DNA of 64,000 nucleotides from Roseivivax sp. (GTDB lineage Bacteria; Pseudomonadota; Alphaproteobacteria; Rhodobacterales; Rhodobacteraceae): NCBI GenBank assembly GCA_038138625.1, contig JAYQEA010000003.1, positions 14,269 to 78,268 of the forward strand, read 5' to 3'. Shown piece by piece: positions 46,401 to 55,564 of this stretch (position 1 is its first letter; each line of letters starts with the position of its first letter). The notes under the pieces were generated by a model. It saw only the letters and a program-made list of their open reading frames with translations, ran no database searches and was not told where the DNA came from. The position numbers and the translations under genes were made by a program.

Positions 46401-47681
46401 TCAGGCAGATGCCTTGTCCAGCGCCTGAGACAAATCGGCAATAATGTCGGCAGCATCTTCGATGCCGATGGACAACCGTACAACGTTAGGGGCTGCGCCT
46501 GCAGCCTCTTGCTGCTCGGGGCTAAGCTGGCGGTGAGTGGTCGAGGCCGAGTGGATCACCAAGCTGCGCGCGTCGCCGAGGTTTGCGACATGGCTGAACA
46601 ACTCTAACGAATCGACCAGCTTGACGCAGGCGTCATATCCACCTTTCAGCGCAATTGTGAACAGGGCGCCTGCACCTTTTGGGCAAACCGTGTCGACCCT
46701 ATGATAGTAAGGCGAGGATGGCAGTCCGGCGTATGTAACTGCCTCAACCGCGTCATGTGTTTCCAGCCATTCGGCGACCTTGCGGGCGTTGGCCACATGT
46801 TTGTCCATGCGCAGAGACAGCGTTTCAATCCCCATCAAGGTATAGTGGGCCGCCTGTGGGTTCAGTGTCATGCCCAGATCACGCAGACCTATGGCGATAC
46901 CATGAAAGGTAAAAGCCATGGGACCAAGGGCTTCGTGGAACTTCAGGCCGTGATATGCGGGCTCTGGCGCAGACAGGGATGGGAACTTGTCACTTGCGGA
47001 CCAGTCAAATTTGCCGCTGTCGACAACAACGCCTCCCGTCACCGTTCCGTTGCCGGTCAGGTATTTTGTCAAGGAATGGACAACCAAAGTTGCGCCATGT
47101 TCAATTGGTCGGCACAGGTATGGCGTAGCCGAAGTGTTGTCCACGATCAGAGGAATGCCAGCGGCGTCAGCCACATCTGCAATTGCGCGTATGTCGGTGA
47201 TGTATCCCCCGGGGTTTGCGATTGATTCACAAAAGACGGCACGGGTGTCGTCATTGATCGCAGCCTTTACAGCATCCAGATCGTCAAAATCGACAAAGGT
47301 ACACGACCATCCAAAGCGTTTGATGGTTTGGCTGAACTGCGTGATTGTCCCCCCGTAAAGCCGCGTTGAGGCAACAATGTTGCGCCCCGGACCCATAAGC
47401 GGAAACAACGCCATAATCTGTGCGGCATGGCCAGACGAACAGGCAACTGCGCCCGCACCGCCTTCAAGCATTGCGACACGCTCTTGCAGGGCGGCCACTG
47501 TTGGATTGGTCAATCGCGAATAGATATAGCCCACTTCCTCGAGGTTGAACAATTTCGCGGCGTGTTCCGCATCCCGAAACACATAGGCCGTGGTCTGATA
47601 AATTGGTACCTGACGCGCGCCGGTGGCGGGGTCGGGGTTGGCGCCTGCGTGAATTTGCAGCGTTTCAAAGGATTGGGTCAT
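46401..47681 (-). CDS. metY: O-acetylhomoserine aminocarboxypropyltransferase (sulfhydrylase)
   Basis: AAGGGAG precedes the ATG at 47681. It reads MTQSFETLQIHAGANPDPATGARQVPIYQTTAYVF, then the SLTKYLTGNGT lysine motif. Confidence 0.9.
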   Translation of the reverse strand: MTQSFETLQIHAGANPDPATGARQVPIYQTTAYVFRDAEHAAKLFNLEEVGYIYSRLTNPTVAALQERVAMLEGGAGAVACSSGHAAQIMALFPLMGPGRNIVASTRLYGGTITQFSQTIKRFGWSCTFVDFDDLDAVKAAINDDTRAVFCESIANPGGYITDIRAIADVADAAGIPLIVDNTSATPYLCRPIEHGATLVVHSLTKYLTGNGTVTGGVVVDSGKFDWSASDKFPSLSAPEPAYHGLKFHEALGPMAFTFHGIAIGLRDLGMTLNPQAAHYTLMGIETLSLRMDKHVANARKVAEWLETHDAVEAVTYAGLPSSPYYHRVDTVCPKGAGALFTIALKGGYDACVKLVDSLELFSHVANLGDARSLVIHSASTTHRQLSPEQQEAAGAAPNVVRLSIGIEDAADIIADLSQALDKASA

Positions 47682-47904
47682 TGGTGCGGCTCCCTTTTGT
47701 CCGTGTCCCAGTAATCTGACGTGGGCATAGGCCATCGCTGTTGCGGGGACAACCAAAAGGCGGCTTTTGGCGTATTTATAAAATGTCAATGTGGTTTTTG
47801 GTCGGCAACATTTCTAAAAATGCGTTTGTTGTGTCGTCCGGTTCATATAACTTTAGGTTCCGCACGACGTGCATTTTGCGTTTTCGTTTTGATGCAAGGT
47901 CGGT

Positions 47905-48843
47905 TTAGCGATCCCAAAGTCCCGCGGCCTTTAACCGTTTTCGGTAGGGTTTTTCGCGGTCCGCATGGGGATGGTCCTTGAAAAGCCTGCGCACGCGGGC
48001 CACGCCCGTTGGTGTCAGCATTTTTCGAAACGGCGCATATCGCGCCAACAGACCGGCCAGAATCGGATCCTGCGTCACCTGATCCAGATGTGTCAACGCA
48101 GCCCTCGGCGCACGGGCATGGGCAAGCGCAAGACTGCGGTAATGATAACTTAGGCCATCATCCAAAAGCCTCGATCTTGGCGCATCCTGTCCTCCTTGCA
48201 ACGCCGCCAGTGTCAACGGCAGTGCGATTTGATCGAGCCACGGAAACAGGGCCTGACCGGTCAGGGCCGCTGGTGGACTGTCGCGTAGTGCCAACGCCTT
48301 GGACAGCCAGTGTGTGGCAAAGCGGTGCGGGCACGGGCCATGCACGCGCGAGGCACAAAAATATCCAAAACTGCTCGGCTCGGCCAAGCCGAAGCGGTGA
48401 TACAAAGACCGCCACACGGCTTTTCGTCCTGATCTGCCCTGTCCCCCGCGCGGCCATGTCGGTTCAACCCGCTCGCTCGCCCCGGGAGCGGCGCTGTCTA
48501 GTTCCGCGGCACACAGGTCACCTAAAATCAAAGTGTCTGTATCAAAAGCAATAAATGGCTGGTCGGGACGCAGGGTGAACAACGCTTCAATACGGTTTCC
48601 GTTGGGATAAGACCGGCCAAAATACTGGGGGGCAAAACGAATGATCCGTGCGCCCAGCGACACCAACGCGGTAAGTCCTTCTGGCGACAGTTCCTGATTG
48701 TTTGGCCAGATCGCGCTTGGCCTTGGACCCGCGACCGTCACGCCCCAGCTGTGTGGTGCACGACATGAAGCCGCGCACAGCTCGGCCGCGGCGTCCAAGC
48801 GACCCGGCTGTGCCAAAATCAGTACTTGTAGGTCCTTGGTCAT
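47905..48843 (-). CDS. hypothetical protein (possible nucleotide-diphospho-sugar transferase-like, FDTDT motif)
   Basis: A 312-aa ORF with coding-like codon usage. The only recognisable feature is a DxD-like PFIAFDTDTLILGD. Confidence 0.5.
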   Translation of the reverse strand: MTKDLQVLILAQPGRLDAAAELCAASCRAPHSWGVTVAGPRPSAIWPNNQELSPEGLTALVSLGARIIRFAPQYFGRSYPNGNRIEALFTLRPDQPFIAFDTDTLILGDLCAAELDSAAPGASERVEPTWPRGGQGRSGRKAVWRSLYHRFGLAEPSSFGYFCASRVHGPCPHRFATHWLSKALALRDSPPAALTGQALFPWLDQIALPLTLAALQGGQDAPRSRLLDDGLSYHYRSLALAHARAPRAALTHLDQVTQDPILAGLLARYAPFRKMLTPTGVARVRRLFKDHPHADREKPYRKRLKAAGLWDR

Positions 48844-49076
48844 ACGCTCGGTGGGTAGTCCCTATTCGCTAACGCGTTCCTAATGCTCTTGGAAAGTTGT
48901 GGAAAATCAGAGATGGCGTTCCGCGTACCAAGTCCATGCGTCGGGACGGGCGACGGGATTGTGGGCCACATCAAAAAACCAATTATTCAGACCTGGGTGA
49001 CCTTTATGCGAGCCGCGAGGTGTGGAATACCAAACGTGACAAAGCGAATACAAAGAGACGAACCCAAGAGGACAGA

Positions 49077-49748
49077 ATGGATCAGACCCCGGCTATCGAC
49101 TGGACGGCTGCTGTGGATGGCTACTGCGAACGCCTGGGGCCAGAGTTCTGGGCAGAGCCGATAAATGCCGTGACCAACCTTGCGTTTCTGTGCGTTGCGG
49201 TGTGGATGTGGCCCCGCACGATGGGACTCGGGCGATTGTTGAGCGCTATTTTGTTCGCCATCGGTGTGGGCTCTGGTCTGTTTCACACATATGCGCAACC
49301 ATGGGCCGCGGTGGCGGATGTTGTACCCATTGTTTTGTTCATTTTGGTGTATATCTTTGCGATCAACCGGGATGTCTGGACCTTGCCGTGGTATTGGGCG
49401 TTTGCAGCCACGCTGTTGTTTTTCCCCTATGCAGCAGTGATTGCATGGCTGCTTGGACTGACAGGATTCGATTTGCATGGCACCGAGGGGTACGTTCCGG
49501 TGCCTCTGCTCATCTTGGGATATTCGGTGGCATTGCGACGCAGATATCCCACAACGGCACAGGGTCTCGCCATCGGGGCTGGAATTCTGTTGGTCTCGAT
49601 GACCGCGCGAACGATCGACATGCCACTGTGTGGGCAAATCTCTCACGGGACACATTTCTTGTGGCATATGCTGAATGCCGTGATGTTGGGTTGGATGATC
49701 CATGTCTGGACGCGTCACGTGCTTGCGACCAAGGCGCGGGGCGGTTAA
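49077..49748 (+). CDS. ceramidase-family (alkaline phytoceramidase-like) membrane protein
   Basis: AAGAGGA precedes the ATG at 49077. It starts MDQTPAIDWTAAVDGYCERLGPEFWAEPINAVTNLAFL and continues with about 6-7 TM segments with conserved His residues. Confidence 0.7.
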   Translation: MDQTPAIDWTAAVDGYCERLGPEFWAEPINAVTNLAFLCVAVWMWPRTMGLGRLLSAILFAIGVGSGLFHTYAQPWAAVADVVPIVLFILVYIFAINRDVWTLPWYWAFAATLLFFPYAAVIAWLLGLTGFDLHGTEGYVPVPLLILGYSVALRRRYPTTAQGLAIGAGILLVSMTARTIDMPLCGQISHGTHFLWHMLNAVMLGWMIHVWTRHVLATKARGG

Positions 49749-49785
49749 AGCCGTATCAAACACGGCACCCCTGAAAGAGGCTCCA

Positions 49786-50073
49786 ATGTCGATTGATACC
49801 AAGACTGCGGCAAAAGTCGCGAAGCTTGCACGGATCCGCGTCGAAGACGATGCATTGCCGGCGCTTGCCCAAGAATTCAACACAATCCTCGGCTTCATCG
49901 AACAGTTGCAAGAGGTCGATGTAGATGGGGTTGAACCGATGGTATCCGTCACGCCCATGCGATTGAAACGGCGCTCCGACGAGGTGACCGAGGGTAACCA
50001 GCAGGGTAAAGTTCTGTCGAATGCGCCCGACTCGCGCGAGGGTTTTTTTGCTGTTCCAAAGGTGGTTGAGTGA
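49786..50073 (+). CDS. gatC: Asp-tRNA(Asn)/Glu-tRNA(Gln) amidotransferase subunit C
   Basis: It reads [52 protein letters not shown]. Its stop overlaps the gatA start. Confidence 0.9.
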   Translation: MSIDTKTAAKVAKLARIRVEDDALPALAQEFNTILGFIEQLQEVDVDGVEPMVSVTPMRLKRRSDEVTEGNQQGKVLSNAPDSREGFFAVPKVVE

Positions 50074-51560
50074 TGTCCGATCTGACAAAATTGACTGTGG
50101 CGCAGGCGCGCGATGCCCTTCGCAAGGGTGAGACAACCTCGTTGGAATTGTCCGATGCCTGCCTGACCGCCATTGAAGGCGCGGGTGCATTAAACGCCTT
50201 TGTGCATAACACGCCAGAGCTTGCCCGTGATCAGGCCAAGGCTGCGGATGCGCGTCTTAAGGCTGGAGATTCGCCGGCCCTGTGCGGGATCCCGATGGGC
50301 ATAAAAGACCTGTTTTGTACCAAAGGTGTCCCAAGCCAGGCTGCATCAAATATTCTGGGTGGTTTTACGCCCGAATACGAATCAACCGTGTCGCAGCAGT
50401 TGTTCGACGCCGGCGCTGTGATGTTGGGCAAACTCAACATGGATGAATTTGCTATGGGGTCGTCAAACGAGACATCCTGCTATGGCAATGCGGTCAATCC
50501 GTGGCGCCGTGCCGGAGATGACACGCCTTTGACACCGGGCGGATCCTCCGGCGGGTCCGCCTCTGCCGTGGCCGCCGATCTGTGTCTGGCGGCAACCGGC
50601 ACGGATACGGGTGGATCGATCCGTCAGCCTGCCGCTTTTGTCGGTATCACGGGGATCAAGCCGACCTACGGGCGGTGCTCTCGATGGGGTATCGTTGCGT
50701 TTGCATCTTCGCTGGATCAGGCAGGTCCGATGACCAAGGATGTGCGGGATGCAGCGATCGTGCTGCAGGCAATGTGCGGTCATGATCCAAAAGACAGCAC
50801 CAGCGCGGATCTGGCGGTTCCTGATTTTGAGGCCGCCCTGACGGGTGATATCCGCGGTAAGGTGATCGGCATTCCCCGTGAATACCGTATGGACGGGATG
50901 CCAGATGAAATTGAGGCGCTCTGGTCGCGGGGTCGCGAGATGCTTCAGGATGCCGGCGCGCAGATTCGCGATATTTCGCTTCCGCATACAAAATACGCCC
51001 TGCCTGCCTATTACGTCATTGCTCCGGCAGAAGCTTCGTCGAACCTGGCCCGCTACGATGGTGTTCGCTACGGACATCGTGCCAGTCTGGCCGCGGGCGA
51101 GGGTATTACCGAAATGTATGAAAAGACCCGTGCCGAAGGTTTCGGTCTTGAAGTGCAGCGTCGGGTTATGATCGGCACCTATGTGCTCTCTGCCGGATTC
51201 TACGATGCCTACTATAACCGTGCTCGCCGGGTCAGGACGTTGATCAAGAAGGACTTCGAGGATGTGTTTGCCACGGGGGTCGATGCGATTTTGACACCAG
51301 CCACGCCGTCTGCAGCGTTTGGTTTGGGCGAGATGACAGACGCAGATCCAGTGCAGATGTATCTGAATGATGTGTTTACGGTCACTGTCAATCTGGCCGG
51401 TCTGCCAGGTGTGGCCATCCCTGCAGGGCTGGACGCGCAGGGATTGCCGTTGGGGCTACAGTTGATTGGACGGCCCTGGGAAGAAGGGGACCTGCTGAAT
51501 ACTGCATTTGCGCTTGAGCAGGCGGCCGGGTTCGTGGCCAAACCATCCAAATGGTGGTAA
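50070..51560 (+). CDS. gatA: Asp-tRNA(Asn)/Glu-tRNA(Gln) amidotransferase subunit A
   Basis: It carries the amidase signature [13 protein letters not shown]...[11 protein letters not shown]. The product is 496 aa. Confidence 0.95.
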   Translation: MMSDLTKLTVAQARDALRKGETTSLELSDACLTAIEGAGALNAFVHNTPELARDQAKAADARLKAGDSPALCGIPMGIKDLFCTKGVPSQAASNILGGFTPEYESTVSQQLFDAGAVMLGKLNMDEFAMGSSNETSCYGNAVNPWRRAGDDTPLTPGGSSGGSASAVAADLCLAATGTDTGGSIRQPAAFVGITGIKPTYGRCSRWGIVAFASSLDQAGPMTKDVRDAAIVLQAMCGHDPKDSTSADLAVPDFEAALTGDIRGKVIGIPREYRMDGMPDEIEALWSRGREMLQDAGAQIRDISLPHTKYALPAYYVIAPAEASSNLARYDGVRYGHRASLAAGEGITEMYEKTRAEGFGLEVQRRVMIGTYVLSAGFYDAYYNRARRVRTLIKKDFEDVFATGVDAILTPATPSAAFGLGEMTDADPVQMYLNDVFTVTVNLAGLPGVAIPAGLDAQGLPLGLQLIGRPWEEGDLLNTAFALEQAAGFVAKPSKWW

Positions 51561-51593
51561 GCTGCGCAGCAGAGAAGTAAAAGGGCAGGCGTC

Positions 51594-52340
51594 ATGTGGA
51601 AAGTGATTTGTACAGCAGGTTTGGTTCTGGGGCTGGCGGGCTGTGATCCGATCATGTCTGACAGCGATGCGCTGGGAATCCCAAGCTATGATGACTTTGA
51701 TGCGCAGCGGGAGGCCGAACTGACGGGTCGCTTTTCTGATGCTGCGTCGATGCCTCTGGAGGTCACGACACTGCCTGATCTTGGTGATGTCGGTCTGCTT
51801 CCTGCCGGGGATGCACCGACCGAAGCCAGTCTGCCTCCAGCACAACCGCTGGACCAATCTTTGCCAGCCCAAGAGACGACTGCTGCTGCGGCGGCGGTGG
51901 ATGGACCGCAGCCGTTGGGGATCGATCAGGCGTCACGTGATGGGTTTTCGGCGGAAAATGATTTCGATGCTGTGTCGGGACAGCGCAGCATCGAAGATGA
52001 CGCCCAGCGTTTGGCTCGTATCCGAGAGCAATATCAACAGATTGCCCCTACGGCCGTTCCCGACAGGCCAGGGACTGCTGCGCCGAATATCGTTGAATAC
52101 GCGCTGGCCACCACAAACCCGGTGGGTCTTAAGATATATCCGCGCATCCTGCCGTCCGAGCGCCGTTTTTTGCGCAACTGTGCAACGTACCGGAATGCGG
52201 ATCAGGCACAGCGGGACTTTCTTGCGCGCGGTGGGCCCAAGTCGGACCGACGCGGTCTGGATCCGGACGGGGATGGATATGCCTGTGGCTGGGACCCTTC
52301 GCCGTTTCGGGTCGTTCTTGACGGGGCAAACTCCAACTGA
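51594..52340 (+). CDS. lipoprotein with C-terminal Excalibur calcium-binding domain
   Basis: It has a lipobox (MWKVICTAGLVLGLAGCDP) and a C-terminal CATYRNADQAQRDFLARGG...LDPDGDGYACGWD. Confidence 0.7.
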   Translation: MWKVICTAGLVLGLAGCDPIMSDSDALGIPSYDDFDAQREAELTGRFSDAASMPLEVTTLPDLGDVGLLPAGDAPTEASLPPAQPLDQSLPAQETTAAAAAVDGPQPLGIDQASRDGFSAENDFDAVSGQRSIEDDAQRLARIREQYQQIAPTAVPDRPGTAAPNIVEYALATTNPVGLKIYPRILPSERRFLRNCATYRNADQAQRDFLARGGPKSDRRGLDPDGDGYACGWDPSPFRVVLDGANSN

Positions 52341-53002
52341 CCCCGATCTGGTTCCCGTCCCCGAACTTTGGCCCGCGCCGGGGCATTGACCGCCCCGATC
52401 TGGTCGTTCTGCATTACACAGCCATGGCGGACGCTGAAAAGGCACGCGATTGGTTATGCTCGCCCGCGGCACAGGTGAGTGCGCATTATGTTATCTCTCG
52501 GGATGGGATCTGTTGGCATCTTGTAGAAGAGACCAAGCGGGCATGGCATGCAGGTGTTGCATCTTGGGAAGGCGCTGAGGACGTGAACTCGCGTTCAATT
52601 GGGATAGAGCTGGCGAACACCGGATCAGAGCCCTTTGCCGAGCCGCAGATGGTCTGTCTTGAGCAACTTTTACGAGCTGTTATGCAGCGCTGGCAGATCT
52701 GTCCGCATCGGGTGATAGGGCACTCTGACTGTGCGCCGGGTCGCAAAGTCGATCCCGGCCCGCGGTTTGATTGGGTACGTTTGGCGCGCCAGGGCTTGGC
52801 CAGATCTCCCGCCCATGGTGCCGCACCCGAGAGGACTGATATGGACCTGTTTCGGCGCTTGGCGCAACAGGCCGGGTATTCGATGCCGGTGTCTGACGAT
52901 GTGCTGCTGGCAGCGGTCCGTCTGCGCTACAGACCCACAGCCCGTGGACAGCTGGTTCCGGAAGATTTCATGCCGTTGCAATCAACTGCGCTCTGGACCT
53001 AG
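52337..53002 (+). CDS. N-acetylmuramoyl-L-alanine amidase (AmpD-like, amidase_2)
   Basis: The conserved N-terminus IWFPSPNFGPRRGIDRPDLVVLHYTAM lies upstream of the first ATG (52424), in an open frame that begins only after the stop at 52319-52321. The only start-like codon is CTG at 52337, which forms CTGA with the upstream stop. Downstream it reads VSAHYVISRDG, RAWHAG and HSDCAPGRKVDPG. Confidence 0.7.
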   Translation: MTPIWFPSPNFGPRRGIDRPDLVVLHYTAMADAEKARDWLCSPAAQVSAHYVISRDGICWHLVEETKRAWHAGVASWEGAEDVNSRSIGIELANTGSEPFAEPQMVCLEQLLRAVMQRWQICPHRVIGHSDCAPGRKVDPGPRFDWVRLARQGLARSPAHGAAPERTDMDLFRRLAQQAGYSMPVSDDVLLAAVRLRYRPTARGQLVPEDFMPLQSTALWT

Positions 53003-53028
53003 CCGACCTAACCTCGTAACCACATCAT

Positions 53029-53425
53029 GCGCGGAGAGCTGGAAGACCGCGGGCGCCTGTTTGATTCAAACCTATGCAGGCCCCGAGGAAAGTCCGGACT
53101 CCACAAAGTGACGGTGCCGGGTAACACCCGGGCAGGGCAACCTGACGGATAGCGCCACAGAAAACAAACCGCCGTCCTCTGGGGCGGCACGGGTGAAACG
53201 GTGGGGTAAAAGCCCACCGGGCCGCTGGTAACAGGGGCCGCATGGCAAGCCCCACTGGGAGCAATGCCGAATAGGGGATCCGCGCGTTCGACGCAGGGCG
53301 GCTTTGGTCCAGGGTCCCGGGTAGGCAGCTAGAACCGTGGTGGCAACACCCGGTCAGAGATGAATGGTCTTCGATCCTCGGTGACGGGGGGGACAAAATC
53401 CGGCTTACAGGCTCTCCGCGCACAA
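53029..53425 (+). ncRNA. rnpB: RNase P RNA, bacterial type A
   Basis: The conserved P4 strands GAGGAAAGTCCGGACTCCACA and ACAAAATCCGGCTTACAG are present, along with ACAGAAAACAAACCGCC and GGTAAAAGCCCACC. The terminal P1 helix pairs GCGCGGAGAGC (53029-39) with GCTCTCCGCGC (53411-21). Confidence 0.85.
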
Positions 53426-53535
53426 ACTGGGCTGAATCTGGGATTGGTTGGGTTGACACGCACGAGTGCTTAGGTACAACGCGCTCTGATCAGATTATCA
53501 CGGGCGCCACCCGCGCCCGCCGCAGGAGACCACTC

Positions 53536-53703
53536 ATGGCCAAGCCGACCACAATCAAAATCCGCCTGAATTCAACCGCAGGCACGGGCCATTTCTATGT
53601 GACCAAGAAAAACGCCCGTACCATGACAGAGAAAATGTCGGTGCGTAAATACGATCCCGTGGTGCGTAAGCACGTGGAATACAAAGAAGGCAAAATCAAG
53701 TAA
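53536..53703 (+). CDS. rpmG: 50S ribosomal protein L33
   Basis: This is absent from the ORF track (55 aa). It reads [55 protein letters not shown], with AGGAGA 6 nt upstream. Confidence 0.9.
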   Translation: MAKPTTIKIRLNSTAGTGHFYVTKKNARTMTEKMSVRKYDPVVRKHVEYKEGKIK

Positions 53704-53727
53704 ATCTGCATTCTTTTACAAAATCGT

Positions 53728-53767
53728 AGCACCGCATGGTCAGGATCCACGCGGTGCTTTTGTTTGG
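53728..53767 (+). terminator. intrinsic terminator of rpmG
   Basis: The stem AGCACCGC/GCGGTGCT is followed by TTTGTTT, about 25 nt after the rpmG stop. Confidence 0.6.
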
Positions 53768-53786
53768 GTCTGTGCTGCACTTACAT

Positions 53787-53936
53787 TCAAATCTCATTGT
53801 CCTTGCGGGCTGGGTACCCAACCTCGAGCGTTTGACATAGTTTTGGTGGATGACCCAACAGGCCTGCCAAAATTTTCTGCTTGGGCAGACCGATACCCTC
53901 TGCAAAACCTGAAACTAGGTTCCTGATCAGGTGCAC
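53787..53936 (-). pseudogene. truncated HigA-like (XRE HTH) antitoxin fragment
   Basis: The GTG-initiated 49-codon frame VHLIRNLVSGFAEGIGLPKQKILAGLLGHPPKLCQTLEVGYPARKDNEI follows the HigA pattern HPGEIL..EFLEPLGLSQ..LA..LGVP...I.....G.R. It stops about halfway through a normal antitoxin. Its start overlaps the upstream ORF's stop. Confidence 0.3.
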
Positions 53937-54142
53937 GTCTGGTCAGTATTCAGGTTTATTCTGCCTGTGTGATGGCCGCTGTGCCTTTTGCCATCAAAAT
54001 AGGTGTTTTGTCTGCCGCAAGCCAGGCATTCATGTCCGACCATGATCGAATGGAACAGCAGGCGGTTTGCCACCTTCGTCTGCTTTACCATGATCAATTG
54101 CTCTGCTGGTGTCTTTTTTGGATTGCGAGCGGTGTGACGCAT
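53927..54142 (-). pseudogene. possible degenerate HigB-like (killer protein) toxin remnant
   Basis: The 71-aa ORF has a tail FDGKRHSGHHTGRINLNTDQ that weakly recalls the HigB segment LKGDRKGQWSIRINDQWR. It occupies the toxin-first position relative to the HigA-like fragment. Composition is AT-rich. Confidence 0.2.
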
Positions 54143-54152
54143 GGCTCAAGGG

Positions 54153-54740
54153 TTACCCCCTGAGGCGTGCCAGCATAGCGGCAGCCTTGGGTCGCAGCCA
54201 TAACCAAAACGCGGGAACAGATCGTGTGATAGGCGGAGCTATACGGCTTTCCAATCGGTCGAGGGTGACGTCGTAGTCTACCCAGCTCCCGCCTTCGGTC
54301 AGAAGGTTCTGATTCGGCGCTGTAAACCGATCCAATGCCTTGGCAAATTGAGCATCAGGTGTCTCGGCAGCTTCGAATTCGTCCCACAGTGCGCGTAGAT
54401 CCCTTGCCTGGTCCGCAGGCAAAAGCCCAAAAAGCCGATCAGCTGCGCGGGCTTCGTCATCCGCTTGCTTGGTCGTATCTACCGCGCCAAAAATTGGGGT
54501 GTCGCCAGCATCAATCTCGACAATATCATGGATAAGTGCCATGCGTATCACGCGATCTACCGACACGCCGGCGGGCGCGTGATCCGCGAGGATCAAGGCA
54601 TAAAGCGCCAGATGCCAGCTGTGTTCGGCTGAATTTTCTTGCCGCCCTGCACCGACTTTGGTTGCACGCAGAACTGCCTTGAGCGCATCTGCCTCGTGCA
54701 AAAAGGCCATCTGCGCATCAAGACGGTCATTGTCTGTCAT
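54153..54740 (-). CDS. HD-domain hydrolase (YfbR-like 5'-nucleotidase family)
   Basis: It reads ENSAEHSWHLALYALIL and LIHDIVEIDAGD (an HD motif). The product is 195 aa. Confidence 0.75.
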   Translation of the reverse strand: MTDNDRLDAQMAFLHEADALKAVLRATKVGAGRQENSAEHSWHLALYALILADHAPAGVSVDRVIRMALIHDIVEIDAGDTPIFGAVDTTKQADDEARAADRLFGLLPADQARDLRALWDEFEAAETPDAQFAKALDRFTAPNQNLLTEGGSWVDYDVTLDRLESRIAPPITRSVPAFWLWLRPKAAAMLARLRG

Positions 54741-55390
54741 CGGGTCGTTTCGGTCAGGCGTCTTTTCACGTAAGTCGTAACGTTGTCGGTCAGCGTTTCC
54801 ATGTGATCGTTCTTGAAAAAATGGTCTGCGCTTTCGACTTCGGTATGCGTGATTGTGATGCCTTTTTGCTCGTGAAGCTTGCCTACAAGTCCGCGCGTAT
54901 CAGCAGGTGGTGCAACCCTGTCTGCAAGTCCATTGATGACAAGACCTGATGACGGGCAGGGCGCAAGAAACGAGAAATCATACATGTTGGCCGGAGGGCT
55001 GACTGAAACAAATCCGGTAATTTCAGGGCGACGCATCAACAGCTGCATCCCGATCCATGCCCCAAACGAAAAGCCTGCAACCCAACAATGCTTTGAATTG
55101 TTGTTCATGGATTGCAAATAATCCAAGGCGGATGCAGCATCGCTCAGTTCGCCAACGCCTTGGTCATATTCGCCCTGACTGCGGCCCACGCCACGGAAAT
55201 TAAACCGCAATACGGTAAAGCCCATATTGTAAAAAGCGTAGTGAAGGTTGTAGACCACCTTGTTATTCATCGTCCCTCCAAATTGCGGATGGGGATGCAG
55301 AATAATCGCTATAGGCGCGTCACGGTCCTTTTGGGGATGATAGCGGCCTTCAAGGCGACCTTCGGGTCCGGGAAAGATGACCTCGGGCAT
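54737..55390 (-). CDS. alpha/beta hydrolase (COG2945-like)
   Basis: It reads IAIILHPHPQFGGTMNNKVV...LRFNFRGVGRSQGEYD...VAGFSFGA. Its stop overlaps the HD gene start. Confidence 0.75.
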   Translation of the reverse strand: MPEVIFPGPEGRLEGRYHPQKDRDAPIAIILHPHPQFGGTMNNKVVYNLHYAFYNMGFTVLRFNFRGVGRSQGEYDQGVGELSDAASALDYLQSMNNNSKHCWVAGFSFGAWIGMQLLMRRPEITGFVSVSPPANMYDFSFLAPCPSSGLVINGLADRVAPPADTRGLVGKLHEQKGITITHTEVESADHFFKNDHMETLTDNVTTYVKRRLTETTR

Positions 55391-55448
55391 AGGCGCGGCA
55401 GTCCTTGTTTGTCTGCGCCGGCGGGCTTGACGACCCTACCAGCTATTA

Positions 55449-55463
55449 TTAGAAACGTTCTAA
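55449..55463. promoter_or_regulatory. perfect 6-3-6 palindrome TTAGAA-ACG-TTCTAA, candidate Rrf2/IscR operator
   Basis: It is read directly, about 100 nt upstream of the Rrf2 regulator that heads the suf operon. Confidence 0.3.
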
Positions 55464-55564
55464 ATTCAAGTTGCCACGCAGCCGACGCCGGTGGCTCATG
55501 CGATTTAGGGCGTGTTGGGCCTAAGGTCAACGAGTCTTGAGATCGCAAGCACAAGAGAATCGCT

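Noticed and set aside
47682-47904. Possible SAM-II or other SAM riboswitch in the metY leader, including the hairpin CCAAAAG-GCGG-CTTTTGG at 47753-47770.
   Set aside because: I could not find the conserved SAM-II elements (for example the AAAGCU strand of the pseudoknot) on the metY strand. The hairpin alone is equally well explained as a weak terminator for the upstream hypothetical gene. A covariance-model scan would be needed.
51739-52389. 216-aa alternative-frame ORF overlapping the Excalibur lipoprotein gene.
   Set aside because: The overlapping frame 51594-52340 has a lipobox signal and a clear Excalibur domain. The alternative frame gives an Arg/Trp/Cys-rich product.
52341-52404. 12-nt direct repeat CCCCGATCTGGT (52341 and 52393) at the amidase 5' end, as a possible duplication scar explaining the missing start codon.
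   Set aside because: The two copies are read in different phases relative to the amidase frame. Both encode residues that fit the conserved N-terminus (PIW and PDLV). The observation is weak and I cannot test it here.
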